This document shows, piece after piece, positions 9,349-19,169 of a DNA stretch of 42,496 nucleotides. Source of the DNA: an uncultured candidate division Zixibacteria bacterium (GTDB lineage: Bacteria > Zixibacteria > MSB-5A5 > GN15 > PGXB01); the NCBI GenBank assembly GCA_937867135.1, contig CALMKK010000222.1:1-42496 (forward strand), in the 5' to 3' direction. The number at the start of each line of letters is the position of its first letter. The stretch's first letter is position 1. A program made the position numbers and the translations under genes. The notes beneath the pieces are model-generated. The model was not told the origin of the DNA. It saw only the letters and a list, made by a program, of their open reading frames with translations, and did no database searches.

Positions 9349-11847
9349 ATGAAGGCAATCATAATGGCCGGCGGCTTCGGTACCAGACTGCGGCCCCTTA
9401 CGATTAACATCCCGAAGCCGATGGTCCCGATCGGGAATATCCCGATGATGGAGCACGTTGTCAATCTCCTCAAAAAAAACGGTTTTGACGATATTATATC
9501 GCTCTTGTTTTTCCAGGCCGAAGATATAAGGAATTATTTCAAGGACGGCCGTAAGTTCGGCGTCAAAATGGAATATCTTCAACCGACCGAGGATTACGGC
9601 ACGGCCGGAGCGGTTCGCTTTGCGGACAGTTTTATCGATGAAACGGTGCTGGTCATTTCCGGCGATGTTCTCACCGACTTCGATTTGAGCGGAGCGGTTG
9701 AATGGCACCAGAAGAAAAAATCGGAAGCGACGATTCTTTTGACCCGGGTGGAAAATCCGCTCCAATATGGAATAGTTATTACCGATGATGACGGCCGTAT
9801 AGTCCGCTTTCTGGAAAAGCCGTCCTGGGGGGAAATGTTCTCCGATACGATCAACACCGGCATTTATATTTTGGAGCCGCATACGGTGCGATTGATTCCG
9901 CCCAAAACGAATTTTGATTTTTCACAAAATCTCTACCCCCTGATGCTTCAGAAAAAAATGGGACTTCACGGTTTGATTGCCAAAGGATATTGGAAGGATG
10001 TCGGGAATATCGATGAATATGCCCGCGCCCACGACGATCTTCTGGCCGGACAGATTAATCTCGATTTGAATATGGAAAGAACGGTATTCGGAGAGGGCGT
10101 GGCTTATGTGGGCAAAGGGGTGACGTTGGGACAGAATATCAAGGTGGACGGGACGGCTATTATCGGTCATAATGCCATAGTCGGCGATGACATCAGCCTG
10201 AACAATTCCGTAGTCGGACCGCGGGCGCGAATCGGGGATAAAACGGAATTAAATCATTCCATAGTATGGTCCGATTCGTGGATCGGCGCGGAGTCAAAGC
10301 TGGAACGTACGATAGTCTGCTCACGAACCCGCGTAGGCGATAATGTCCTTTTTCTCGACAATGTTATCATATCCGATGATTGCACGGTCGGTTCCGGTGC
10401 AACCATAAAGGCCAATTGCAAGGTTTGGCCCGGCAAAACGGTCGATGAGGGGGCCATTTTATCCACATCGCTCGTCTGGGGCGACAAATGGAACCGCGAA
10501 TTATTCACGCAATCGAAAGTAACCGGATTGGCGCTGACGGAATTGACGCCGGAGATGACGGTCAAACTCGGTTCGGCCTTCGGGGCGTTTCTGGGGCCGG
10601 GCAAGACGGTGGTAACCAGCCGCGATGCTTCGGATATTTCCCGGCTACTTAAACGAGGTCTTATAAGCGGGCTTCTGGCGGCCGGGACGGATGTCGATGA
10701 TCTGGAGATGCTCCCGATTCCGGTGGTACGTTATGCTTTGCACAACGGAACCTATGCCGCGGGAGTTTATGTCCGTCACAACCCGAATGATTATCATCTG
10801 ATCGATATCATCTTTTTCAATGGCGATAGTCTCGATATGCCGACCGCCAAGTTGAAAAAGGTCGAGCGGCTTTTCTTCAGCGAAGATTATCGGCTCGCCA
10901 CGCTGGATGAAATCGGCCATCTTGACGCTCCCGCCGGGGTTCTCGAGAATTATAGAACCGATTTTATATCATCGATTCATCCCGACATTATCCAAAAATC
11001 AGGTTTCAAAGTTGTCATCGACTATGCCAACGGCGGCGCCTCGCAGGTATTTCCGACCATTTTCTCCCAATTGGGGTTGAATGTAATCGCCCTGAATGCG
11101 TATCTGGATCCCCGCCAGTTTTCCAGCCATCCCGACGAAATGGCGGAATCAATAGTGCAATTATCGGCGATTGTCCGTTCCCTCCATGCCGATATCGGGT
11201 TTCATATCAATCCGGCGGCGGAAAAACTGACGGTGGTCGATGAGAACGGGAATCTTATTGACAGCCAATTATTGCTGCTTCTGGTGACCGACCTTTTCCT
11301 TCGCCTTCATCCCTGCCGTCGGATCGCGGTTCCGGTTTCGGCTTCGATGGGCGTTGAGAAAATTGCGGCCCGGTACGGCGTCGAAGTTTTGAGAGTAAGG
11401 AATATGCATCTTTCAATGATGGAAGCTTTTCAGACCGGCGGGGTCGATTATGTCGGCGGCACCCTGGGCGGCTTTATTTTCCCCGGTTTTCAGATGGGGA
11501 GCGACGCCATTCTGGCTATCGCCTTTATCATTGAAATGATGGCCAAAGAACGGGTGCGGCTGGGTGAAATGCGCACCGATTTTGAAAAGTATATCCGGCG
11601 TGAAATCAAGGTCCCTTGCCCGTGGGCCAAAAAAGGACAGGTGATGCGCAAAATTATCACCGACACCGATAATAAGAATCGTCAGTTAATTGACGGAATC
11701 AGGATATTTGAACCGGAAGGCTGGGTGCTGGTTTCGCCGGATACTCTGACAGCTTCGTTTTTGATACAGGCGGAATCGGAATCGCCGGACTCATTGGATG
11801 AGTTGATTGACCGTTATAGGACTCTGGTGGAGCAGGCGCAAAATTAG
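9349..11847 (+). CDS. Sugar-phosphate nucleotidyltransferase (mannose-1-P guanylyltransferase-like) fused to a left-handed beta-helix and a degenerate phosphohexomutase module
   Basis: MAGGFGTRLRPLT...PKP, GTAGAV, SGDVLTD, FLEKP, YWKDVG, then hexapeptide repeats, then a PMM/PGM-like region (VVIDYANG, IDGIRI). Confidence 0.9.
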   Translation: MKAIIMAGGFGTRLRPLTINIPKPMVPIGNIPMMEHVVNLLKKNGFDDIISLLFFQAEDIRNYFKDGRKFGVKMEYLQPTEDYGTAGAVRFADSFIDETVLVISGDVLTDFDLSGAVEWHQKKKSEATILLTRVENPLQYGIVITDDDGRIVRFLEKPSWGEMFSDTINTGIYILEPHTVRLIPPKTNFDFSQNLYPLMLQKKMGLHGLIAKGYWKDVGNIDEYARAHDDLLAGQINLDLNMERTVFGEGVAYVGKGVTLGQNIKVDGTAIIGHNAIVGDDISLNNSVVGPRARIGDKTELNHSIVWSDSWIGAESKLERTIVCSRTRVGDNVLFLDNVIISDDCTVGSGATIKANCKVWPGKTVDEGAILSTSLVWGDKWNRELFTQSKVTGLALTELTPEMTVKLGSAFGAFLGPGKTVVTSRDASDISRLLKRGLISGLLAAGTDVDDLEMLPIPVVRYALHNGTYAAGVYVRHNPNDYHLIDIIFFNGDSLDMPTAKLKKVERLFFSEDYRLATLDEIGHLDAPAGVLENYRTDFISSIHPDIIQKSGFKVVIDYANGGASQVFPTIFSQLGLNVIALNAYLDPRQFSSHPDEMAESIVQLSAIVRSLHADIGFHINPAAEKLTVVDENGNLIDSQLLLLLVTDLFLRLHPCRRIAVPVSASMGVEKIAARYGVEVLRVRNMHLSMMEAFQTGGVDYVGGTLGGFIFPGFQMGSDAILAIAFIIEMMAKERVRLGEMRTDFEKYIRREIKVPCPWAKKGQVMRKIITDTDNKNRQLIDGIRIFEPEGWVLVSPDTLTASFLIQAESESPDSLDELIDRYRTLVEQAQN

Positions 11848-11884
11848 ATCGCTGAAATGATTTAATTGTCCCTGAATGCAAAGA

Positions 11885-11911
11885 GCCCGGCAGCTTTGGC
11901 CGGGCATCTTT
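11885..11911 (+). terminator. Probable intrinsic terminator
   Basis: GCCCGGC-AGCTTTG-GCCGGGC hairpin followed by ATCTTT, a weak T tract. Confidence 0.55.
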
Positions 11912-12168
11912 ACAGGTAATAGGTTGGGAAGAAATTTTATATAAGTTATCGGCTTCTTTTTCGCTCCTTCTTTTCAGTTATACATGGATTAAGTCGGTTT
12001 TGTTTCAAAGGACTTAAAATTTTCATTGAAAAATGGCCATATTCAAAATTGAGAAGGGTCAAATTTGTTAAATCTCTTGATTTTCTTGGAGTTCAAAGAT
12101 AATATTAAGTCTCACGCCGATTTATTATAAATTGCGGTGCTATTTGCATTTGCGTCTGGAGGTCAGGA

Positions 12169-13563
12169 ATGGATTATTTTAAGCGGACCAAAATCGCTCG
12201 GATAATTGTTGACGAAGCGGTCGCTCTAAATTCGGAAGTCGTTATTCTGGGATGGGTTAGAACAATTAGAATATCCAAGGAGGTCGCCTTTGTGGAAATC
12301 AATGACGGCTCCTGTGTGGGAAATCTTCAGGCGGTTTTCCAAAATCCGGATAACTTCCAGATACTCAAGCAATTACTGACTGGCGCGGCGGTTCGGGCGA
12401 TTGGTAAATTGGCCGAGTCGCCGGCCAAGGGCCAGAAATTCGACCTTGTGGCTTCGGGAATTGAAATGATTGGGGAAGCCGATCAAACATATCCGCTCCA
12501 GAAGAAGCGCCACACTTTTGAATATCTTCGCGAAATTGCGCACCTTCGCCCCCGCACCAACACCTTCGGTGCCGTTAATAGGGTTCGCTCCAAAATTTCA
12601 TATGCCGTTCATAAATTCTTTCAGGATAGGGGGTTTTATTATATCCATACCCCCATAATCAGCGCCTCGGATTGCGAGGGAGCCGGGGATATGTTTCGGG
12701 TGACCACTTTTGAACTGAATAAAGCCCCGCTGAAAGACGGCAAGATTGACTTTGAAGAAGATTTTTTCGGAGCGGAGACTTATCTCAGCGTCTCCGGCCA
12801 GCTGGAAGCCGAAATTGCGGCCATGGCGCTGGGCGATGTATATACATTCGGGCCGACATTCCGAGCGGAAAATTCCAATACGTCCCGGCACGCCTCAGAA
12901 TTCTGGATGATCGAACCGGAGATGGCGTTTGCGGAACTGGAAGATAATATGGAAATCGCGGTCGATTTTCTAAAATATCTCTTTCGTTTTGCGCTTGAGG
13001 AGTGCCGCGATGATATGGCCTTTTTCGGACAATGGGTCGATAAGACATTGCGCGATACACTGGAATTCGTAATCAACTCGGAGTTTGAGCGCTTGTCATA
13101 TACCGAGGCCGTCAAAATATTGGAGAAATCGGGCGAGAAGTTCGATTTTCCGGTCAAATGGGGGATAGATTTGCAGTCCGAGCATGAACGGTATTTAACG
13201 GAAAAGACATTCAAGAAACCGGTCATTTTGTATGATTATCCGAGGGAAATTAAGGCGTTCTATATGCGGGTGAACGATGACGAGAAGACGGTGCGGGCAA
13301 TGGACGTGCTGGTTCCCAAGATCGGGGAGATAATCGGCGGGTCGCAGCGTGAAGAACGGTATGATGTGCTGCTGGCCAATATGACGGCCAAGGGAATCAA
13401 CCCGGAGGCTTATGGCTGGTATCTTGATTTGCGCAAGTACGGAACCGCGCCGCATTCCGGATTCGGACTCGGCTTTGAACGGACCCTGATGTATATAACG
13501 GGAATGGCGAATATTCGCGACGTGATGCCGTTCCCGCGGGTACCGCGCTGGGCGAAGTTTTGA
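12169..13563 (+). CDS. asnS: Asparagine--tRNA ligase
   Basis: GWVRT OB-fold, [59 protein letters not shown]. Confidence 0.97.
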   Translation: MDYFKRTKIARIIVDEAVALNSEVVILGWVRTIRISKEVAFVEINDGSCVGNLQAVFQNPDNFQILKQLLTGAAVRAIGKLAESPAKGQKFDLVASGIEMIGEADQTYPLQKKRHTFEYLREIAHLRPRTNTFGAVNRVRSKISYAVHKFFQDRGFYYIHTPIISASDCEGAGDMFRVTTFELNKAPLKDGKIDFEEDFFGAETYLSVSGQLEAEIAAMALGDVYTFGPTFRAENSNTSRHASEFWMIEPEMAFAELEDNMEIAVDFLKYLFRFALEECRDDMAFFGQWVDKTLRDTLEFVINSEFERLSYTEAVKILEKSGEKFDFPVKWGIDLQSEHERYLTEKTFKKPVILYDYPREIKAFYMRVNDDEKTVRAMDVLVPKIGEIIGGSQREERYDVLLANMTAKGINPEAYGWYLDLRKYGTAPHSGFGLGFERTLMYITGMANIRDVMPFPRVPRWAKF

Positions 13564-13570
13564 TCGGGTT

Positions 13571-13936
13571 TCAGGCTCCTTCCGCGATTCCGCTTTCCGA
13601 CAATTTATTATGCCGATAGACAATAACGCGAACTTTTTCCAGTGTCACCAAGCCTTCGTGAATCAGGGAATCCAATCCCGGCAGGAAGGATTCGATTTTG
13701 TCTTCGGAATCGACAATTTCAATGATTATAGGCAGATCTTCAGAAAGCCGCAGGACCTTGGAGGTATGAATTCTGCTATTGGCTCCGAATCCCTGAAATC
13801 CTCGTACGATAGTGGTCCCTGCCAGGCCGCGCTTACGGGCCTCTTCGATGATAACTTCGTATAGCGGCTTGCCATTTAATTTGTCGCTTTCGCCGATGAA
13901 AATCCGCAATAGAAACGCTTCTGATGGTAATTTCAT
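13571..13936 (-). CDS. DUF190 (PII-like fold) protein, usual crcB partner
   Basis: LLRIFIGESDK, GLAGTTIVRGFQGFG, LSEDLPIIIEIVD, EGLVTLEKV. Start moved to ATG 13936 (GAAGGTG RBS, just after the crcB stop). Confidence 0.88.
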   Translation of the reverse strand: MKLPSEAFLLRIFIGESDKLNGKPLYEVIIEEARKRGLAGTTIVRGFQGFGANSRIHTSKVLRLSEDLPIIIEIVDSEDKIESFLPGLDSLIHEGLVTLEKVRVIVYRHNKLSESGIAEGA

Positions 13937-13947
13937 AATTTCACCTT

Positions 13948-14325
13948 CTAAATATTTCGGCCGAGGGCCGCGCCCAGAAATAGGGCAAGCAGCCCCAATC
14001 CATTTTGCATCAGCATATTGACGCCGGCATATACCCATTGCGCCGAGTGCATTAATTCTCCGGTTTCGAAAATAAAGGCGGAGAATGTCGTAAAAGCTCC
14101 TAAAAATCCGAAGAAAATTATAATTCTGGTCTGGGCCGAAACCGGCCAGCGATGCTCAAAAGCCGCCCACAGTAGGCCGGCCAAGAAACATCCTACGAAA
14201 TTTACCGCCAATGTGCCCCAGGGGAATGAGACCCCATCGGCTCGTTGGACAAGACCGGACAAGCCATAGCGGGCGAGTGTACCCAGGGCTCCGGCCAGGG
14301 CCATTATGGCCAGTTTTTGCAGCAT
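13948..14325 (-). CDS. crcB: Fluoride efflux channel Fluc/CrcB
   Basis: GALGTLARY, FPWGTLAVN, GFLGAFTTFSAF. Start moved to ATG 14325, preceded by AAGGAGG. Confidence 0.95.
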   Translation of the reverse strand: MLQKLAIMALAGALGTLARYGLSGLVQRADGVSFPWGTLAVNFVGCFLAGLLWAAFEHRWPVSAQTRIIIFFGFLGAFTTFSAFIFETGELMHSAQWVYAGVNMLMQNGLGLLALFLGAALGRNI

Positions 14326-14400
14326 AGTGGAATCCTCCTTTAAAATTGTACCGGGCCATGGCGCAAGAAAAAACCACCTATGCGGCGCGGGATCGATTTC

Positions 14401-14438
14401 AAAAAGCTCCTCCGCCGGATAAGCCTGCGCGGTAGGAG
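14401..14438 (-). terminator. Riboswitch-controlled intrinsic terminator
   Basis: Minus strand CTCCT-A-CCGC ... GCGG-AGGAG followed by CTTTTT. The 5' arm overlaps the aptamer pseudoknot strand. Confidence 0.75.
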
Positions 14439-14482
14439 TCATTAGCCCGGCCAAGGCGGTTCCACGGGGGACTCCATCCCCA
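14431..14482 (-). ncRNA. Fluoride (crcB-motif) riboswitch
   Basis: Minus strand GGGGATGGAGTCCCCCGTGGAACCGCCTTGGCCGGGCTAATGACTCCTAC has P1 GGGG/CCCC, pseudoknot GGAGT/ACTCC, P2 GCC/GGC and the conserved GCTAATGAC..CTAC 3' end. It lies directly upstream of crcB. Confidence 0.93.
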
Positions 14483-14493
14483 GATGTTTGTCT

Positions 14494-14522
14494 ATTTTAC
14501 GTATTTCGGGCCAAATTGACAA
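14494..14522 (-). promoter_or_regulatory. Putative sigma70 promoter for riboswitch-crcB
   Basis: Minus strand TTGTCA (14522-14517), 17 nt, TAAAAT (14499-14494). This places +1 a few nt before the aptamer. Confidence 0.7.
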
Positions 14523-14766
14523 ATAGAAAAATGAAGATTTCTCAACGGTTATATCAGGAAGCTTGGGAATTTGATAGAAATTAAAGCCATTAAAAACGAA
14601 CCCTGATCTTTTGCTATCTATCAATCTTATTGGGACTTATGTGTTTTTCCTCAAAATGGAAAATCGTTCCTATAAAATCGGTAAACTGTTCCGGCAATGG
14701 CAACGATGTGCCTGTTGATGTCACCGTAACTTATTGTCGCCGTTAGCGATATTCCCAGCCTGAGGT

Positions 14767-14783
14767 CTGGCACAGGGGTTGCA
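14767..14783 (+). promoter_or_regulatory. sigma54 (-24/-12) promoter of the pse operon
   Basis: CTGGCAC-AGGGG-TTGCA matches the TGGCAC-N5-TTGCW consensus. Confidence 0.8.
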
Positions 14784-14928
14784 TAATCTTTTGATAAATG
14801 AATGGAGTTTTATTTATGCAGGGATGCAAGCTTGGGAATCTTAATGGCCCCATTGGGACCAGTTCCCCATGGATTGTCTGCGATGAAGTCGAATATCCCT
14901 GTTCCCAACCCTTTGCCGAGGAATAAAG

Positions 14929-16026
14929 ATGCTTTCCGGGAAATCAATATTAGTTACCGGAGGAACCGGGTCTTTTGGAAAGAAATTCGTAACAACCGTC
15001 CTGAATCGTCATCCCGACGTTCGCAGATTGGTAATCTATTCGCGGGATGAGTTGAAACAATTCGAGATGGCTCAGATGATGCCATCGTCGAAATATCCGC
15101 AACTGCGGTTTTTTATCGGCGATATCCGCGATAAAGAGCGGCTTTTCCGGGCGATGGAGGGAATCGATATTGTCGTGCATGCGGCGGCTCTGAAGCAGGT
15201 TCCGGCCTGCGAGTATAATCCGTTCGAAGCGATAAAAACGAATATTTTGGGGGCCCAAAATTTGATTGAGACGGCGATCGATAGGGGCGTCAGAAGTGTG
15301 GTTGCCCTGAGTACCGATAAGGCTGCCGCCCCGATTAACCTGTATGGGGCCACCAAATTATGCTCCGACAAACTTTTTGTATCGGCCAATAATTTTAAAG
15401 GGGCGCGCGATATCAAGTTTTCGGTGGTGCGCTACGGCAATGTGATGGGAAGCCGGGGATCGGTTATCCCGTTTTTTATGGAGAAGCGAAAAGAGGGGAT
15501 TATCCCGATTACCGATACCCGTATGACCCGATTCAATATCACCCTTGAAGAGGGGGTCGATCTGGTCCTTTATGCCATCGTGCATATGTGGGGAGGGGAG
15601 ATATTTGTCCCCAAAATCCCCAGTTACCGGATTGTTGATTTGGCCGCGGCGGTGGCACCGCACTGCGAACAGGTTGTGGTCGGGATTCGTCCCGGCGAAA
15701 AGGTGCATGAAGAGATGATTACGGAGACCGACGCCATCAATACTCTCCAATTCGGGAAATATTTCGTGATTCTACCATCGACCCGTCTCTGGGATGTGGA
15801 GAGTTTCCGCAAAGCGTTCGATGGGGAATTTTGTCCCGATGGTTTTCATTATTCCAGCGGAACCAATACCGAATGGCTGGATATCAAGCAACTGCGTCAA
15901 TTAATCCGCCGGCATATCGACCCCGAATTCAGGGCCGATACCGCGGATTTCAATGCGGTTAGCAACGGGCCGGATAATGCGAATATCGGCCGCACTGCGA
16001 ATGAACCTGTATCGATGAGGCGATAA
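14929..16026 (+). CDS. pseB: UDP-GlcNAc 4,6-dehydratase (5-inverting)
   Basis: TGGTGSFG, YSRDELKQ, HAAALKQVP, STDKA, YGATK, RYGNVMGSRGS, MTRF, GIRPGEK. First gene of a pse-type cluster. Confidence 0.93.
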   Translation: MLSGKSILVTGGTGSFGKKFVTTVLNRHPDVRRLVIYSRDELKQFEMAQMMPSSKYPQLRFFIGDIRDKERLFRAMEGIDIVVHAAALKQVPACEYNPFEAIKTNILGAQNLIETAIDRGVRSVVALSTDKAAAPINLYGATKLCSDKLFVSANNFKGARDIKFSVVRYGNVMGSRGSVIPFFMEKRKEGIIPITDTRMTRFNITLEEGVDLVLYAIVHMWGGEIFVPKIPSYRIVDLAAAVAPHCEQVVVGIRPGEKVHEEMITETDAINTLQFGKYFVILPSTRLWDVESFRKAFDGEFCPDGFHYSSGTNTEWLDIKQLRQLIRRHIDPEFRADTADFNAVSNGPDNANIGRTANEPVSMRR

Positions 16027-16028
16027 AT

Positions 16029-17276
16029 ATGCAATTAACATTGTCATCATACAAAACGGATTCCGCTCAGCAATTTATTCCCTACGGCCGTCAGCATATA
16101 ACCGAAAATGATATTGAAGCGGTAGTGAGAGTTCTTCGCTCCGATTTCCTGACCCAGGGACCGGCCATTGAAAGATTCGAGAAAAGTCTGGCCGAATATG
16201 CGGGGGCGCCCGAGGCGGTCGCCTGCGCCAACGGCACCGCGGCGCTTCACCTGGCGATGCTGGCCCTGAGAATCGGGCAGGGGGATATTGTCGTAACCAC
16301 ACCCAATACTTTTTTGGCCGATGCCAACTGCGCCCGCTATGTCGACGCCGATATTACTTTCGCCGATATCGACCCGGAGACGGGCCTGATGGATCCGGAA
16401 TCGTTGGCGGAAGTTCTATCAAAAGATAAGGACGGCAATATCAAGGCCGTGATCCCGGTTCATTTTGCAGGTCAACCGTGTGATTTACCCGCTATTTATC
16501 AGGCAGCCAAGAAGCATGGGGCCTGGGTGATAGATGACGCCTGTCATGCCCTGGGAGGATCATATCGATGTGAAAATCGAGATTATCGTCTTGGCGGAAC
16601 ACCCCACAGCGACATGACCGTGTTTTCGTTTCATCCGGTCAAGCATGTGGCGATGGGCGAAGGAGGCGCGGTTACCACGGCCAACACCGGACTGGCCAAA
16701 AGATTGAGAAGGTTCCGGAATCATGGGATGCAAAGAGAGGAATTTGTCGAGAAAAATATGGCCAAGACGTCCGGCGGCATGAATCCCTGGTACTACGAAA
16801 TGCAGGAACTGGGATTCAATTATCGGCTGACCGAAATACAGGCCGCCCTGGGAACGAGTCAGTTGCAACGGCTTTCCTGGTCATTGACCGAGCGTGCTCG
16901 TATCGCCCGGACCTATGACGATTTGATTGTGGCCGGTTTTCCCGACCGTTCCGTGACGCCTCTTCAAGGGCGAGTTAATATCGCGCATGCCTATCATCTT
17001 TATGTAGTTCAAATAGATTTTGATTTTTATAAAATATCCCGCGCCGAGGTAATGAATCAACTGCGCCAGTCCGGTATCGGGACGCAGGTGCACTATATCC
17101 CGATTCACCTTCAGCCGTATTACCGCGCTTTGTATGATACGGGCGAAGGAGACTTTCCGAACGCCGAAAACTATTATTCGCGCGCTTTGTCGCTTCCGAT
17201 GTACCCCGATTTGACCGACGAGGATTGTCAGAGAATCATAGCGGAATTGAAAGCCGCCCTGGAGGGAGAAAGATAA
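16029..17276 (+). CDS. pseC: UDP-4-amino-4,6-dideoxy-L-AltNAc transaminase (PLP-dependent)
   Basis: IPYGRQ, FLTQGP, NGTAALH, DDACHALG, FSFHPVK (PLP lysine), WYYEMQELGFNYR, QVHYIP. Confidence 0.92.
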   Translation: MQLTLSSYKTDSAQQFIPYGRQHITENDIEAVVRVLRSDFLTQGPAIERFEKSLAEYAGAPEAVACANGTAALHLAMLALRIGQGDIVVTTPNTFLADANCARYVDADITFADIDPETGLMDPESLAEVLSKDKDGNIKAVIPVHFAGQPCDLPAIYQAAKKHGAWVIDDACHALGGSYRCENRDYRLGGTPHSDMTVFSFHPVKHVAMGEGGAVTTANTGLAKRLRRFRNHGMQREEFVEKNMAKTSGGMNPWYYEMQELGFNYRLTEIQAALGTSQLQRLSWSLTERARIARTYDDLIVAGFPDRSVTPLQGRVNIAHAYHLYVVQIDFDFYKISRAEVMNQLRQSGIGTQVHYIPIHLQPYYRALYDTGEGDFPNAENYYSRALSLPMYPDLTDEDCQRIIAELKAALEGER

Positions 17277-17277
17277 T

Positions 17278-18054
17278 ATGATTTTGACCATTTTGCAGGC
17301 GCGGATGAGTTCTTCGCGGCTTCCCGGCAAGGTCCTGCTTCCGATCCTGGGCGAAGCGATGTTACAGCGGCAATTGGAGCGGATAAGCCCGGCCAGAAAA
17401 ATCGATCATCTCATTGTCGCCACCAGTGTCGGGCGCGAAGATGATGCGGTGGCGGCCTTCTGCTTTGAGAAGCGGGTCGATTGTTTTCGCGGCGATCTGG
17501 AAAATGTCCTGGATCGATTTTATCAGGCGGCAAAAAATTACGACGCTCGAACCATTGTCCGACTGACCGGTGATTGTCCCCTGGCGGACCCGGCAATTAT
17601 CGACCGGGCCATAACCATTTTTGAATCGGGCAAATATGATTATGTGAGCAATACGGTCGAACGCACATACCCGGTGGGGCTGGATGTCGAGGTTTTCAGC
17701 GTCGAAGCTCTTGAAGAAGCCTGGCGGGAAGCGGTGCTACCGTCGGAAAAGGAACATGTAACGCGGTTTATCTATACGCATCCCGAGGATTTTCGAATCG
17801 GGCAATTCAAGTCGGAACGGAATCTGTCCGATTTGAGGTGGACGGTCGATGAGCCGGCCGATTATGAATTTGTCATAAAAATTTACGAACGGTTATATCC
17901 TGCCGACCATAATTTTACGACCGAAGATGTTTTAAATCTTCTGCAGAAAGAACCGCAACTGAAGGCTATCAATGCCGGGGTTGATCCCGGCCGGGGTTTG
18001 AATAAATCGCTGGAGCAGGATGCTCAATTCATGAAAGCGATTGAGAAAGAATGA
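17278..18054 (+). CDS. SpsF-type cytidylyltransferase (putative CMP-nonulosonate synthetase, PseF role)
   Basis: QARMSSSRLPGKVL, RLTGDCP, EHVT, RWTVDEPADY. Occupies the pseF position. Confidence 0.8.
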   Translation: MILTILQARMSSSRLPGKVLLPILGEAMLQRQLERISPARKIDHLIVATSVGREDDAVAAFCFEKRVDCFRGDLENVLDRFYQAAKNYDARTIVRLTGDCPLADPAIIDRAITIFESGKYDYVSNTVERTYPVGLDVEVFSVEALEEAWREAVLPSEKEHVTRFIYTHPEDFRIGQFKSERNLSDLRWTVDEPADYEFVIKIYERLYPADHNFTTEDVLNLLQKEPQLKAINAGVDPGRGLNKSLEQDAQFMKAIEKE

Positions 18055-18074
18055 CAAATCAAGTTGAGGCTTAA

Positions 18075-19169
18075 ATGAAAATAATAATCAGAACCGATTC
18101 ATCGAATATTATCGGGACCGGCCATTTGATGCGGTGCCTGACGCTGGCCGAAAGATTTCGTGCCGACGGGGCGTCGGTGTCATTCATTTGCCGCGGCCTG
18201 CCCGGAAATATGACCGGCTTGATTTCTCAAAAGGGTTTCCGTCTTCACCTGCTTACTTATGAGAGTCATCTTCAACTCACGTCCGGATATGCTTCCTGGC
18301 TGGGGGTCCGCTGGTATACCGACGCCGAAGAGACAGCCGCGATTCTGGCATCGGAAAGTCCCGATTTGCTTATTGTCGATCATTACGCTCTGGACGCCCG
18401 TTGGGAAGAGCGGCAGCGTCCTTTTGCCGGAAAAATTATGGTTATCGATGATCTGGCCAACCGCCACCATGATTGCGATATTTTGCTGGATCAAAATTAT
18501 CATGCCGATCCCTCGAGGCGATATGAAATGCTCCTGCCTGAATCATGCACGGCGCTGTTCGGGCCGCAGTACGCCCCGCTTCGCCCGGAATTCGCCCGGG
18601 TCAGGAAAGATATAAGGATAAAAGAAGATCCGATTCGGAAGCTATTCCTCTTTTTCGGCGGGGTCGATCCGGAAAACGAAACCGCCAAAGCGCTGGAGGC
18701 AATCGAGAGGCTCGGAAATAATGAACTTACCGTTGATATTGTAATCGGATCGGGCAATCGCCACAGGGATGAAATCAGCGCGACGGCGCATTCTATTCAC
18801 GGTGCAACGCTCCATTGCCAAATCGATAATATGGCGGAGATGATGGCCGAAGCCGACCTGGCGATCGGGGCGGGCGGAACGACCGCCTGGGAAAGATGCT
18901 GTCTGGGGTTGCCGTCGCTAATTATCGCGGTCGCTGAAAATCAGGTGCCAATTTCGGAATCGTGCCATGAAGCGGGAATAGGAATATATCTGGGAAAGTC
19001 GGAGCAGGTGACGTCCAATAAGATTGGCGAAGCGCTTCAGAGTTTGCTGGAGCAACCGTCGCTCATAAATGAAATGAGACGCAAGGAATTGGAATTGTGT
19101 GATGGGCTCGGTGCCGACAGGGTTTTCCAGAACATCCATAAATTGTCGCAAATTAAGGTTTCGGTATGA
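18075..19169 (+). CDS. pseG: UDP-2,4-diacylamido-2,4,6-trideoxy-L-altrose hydrolase
   Basis: IGTGHLMRCLTLA, VDHYAL, IDDLANR, FFGGVD, GAGGTTAWER, AENQ, DGLGADRV. No fused GNAT domain (364 aa). Confidence 0.9.
   Translation: MKIIIRTDSSNIIGTGHLMRCLTLAERFRADGASVSFICRGLPGNMTGLISQKGFRLHLLTYESHLQLTSGYASWLGVRWYTDAEETAAILASESPDLLIVDHYALDARWEERQRPFAGKIMVIDDLANRHHDCDILLDQNYHADPSRRYEMLLPESCTALFGPQYAPLRPEFARVRKDIRIKEDPIRKLFLFFGGVDPENETAKALEAIERLGNNELTVDIVIGSGNRHRDEISATAHSIHGATLHCQIDNMAEMMAEADLAIGAGGTTAWERCCLGLPSLIIAVAENQVPISESCHEAGIGIYLGKSEQVTSNKIGEALQSLLEQPSLINEMRRKELELCDGLGADRVFQNIHKLSQIKVSV

Noticed and set aside
11990-12016. TAAGTC-N15-GACTTA inverted repeat upstream of asnS; also considered a T-box leader
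   Set aside because: No T-box consensus or antiterminator is visible. The dyad resembles generic IHF-like sites, and nothing supports a mobile-element end.
13937-14454. N-terminal extensions of DUF190 (to 14038) and CrcB (to 14454) given by the ORF track
   Set aside because: The extensions overlap crcB and the riboswitch respectively. Better starts with clear RBS exist at 13936 and 14325.
14442-15050. Small ORFs 14442-14624 (-) and 14802-15050 (+) as leader peptides
   Set aside because: They overlap the riboswitch/promoter or pseB out of frame, and have no convincing RBS or informative composition.
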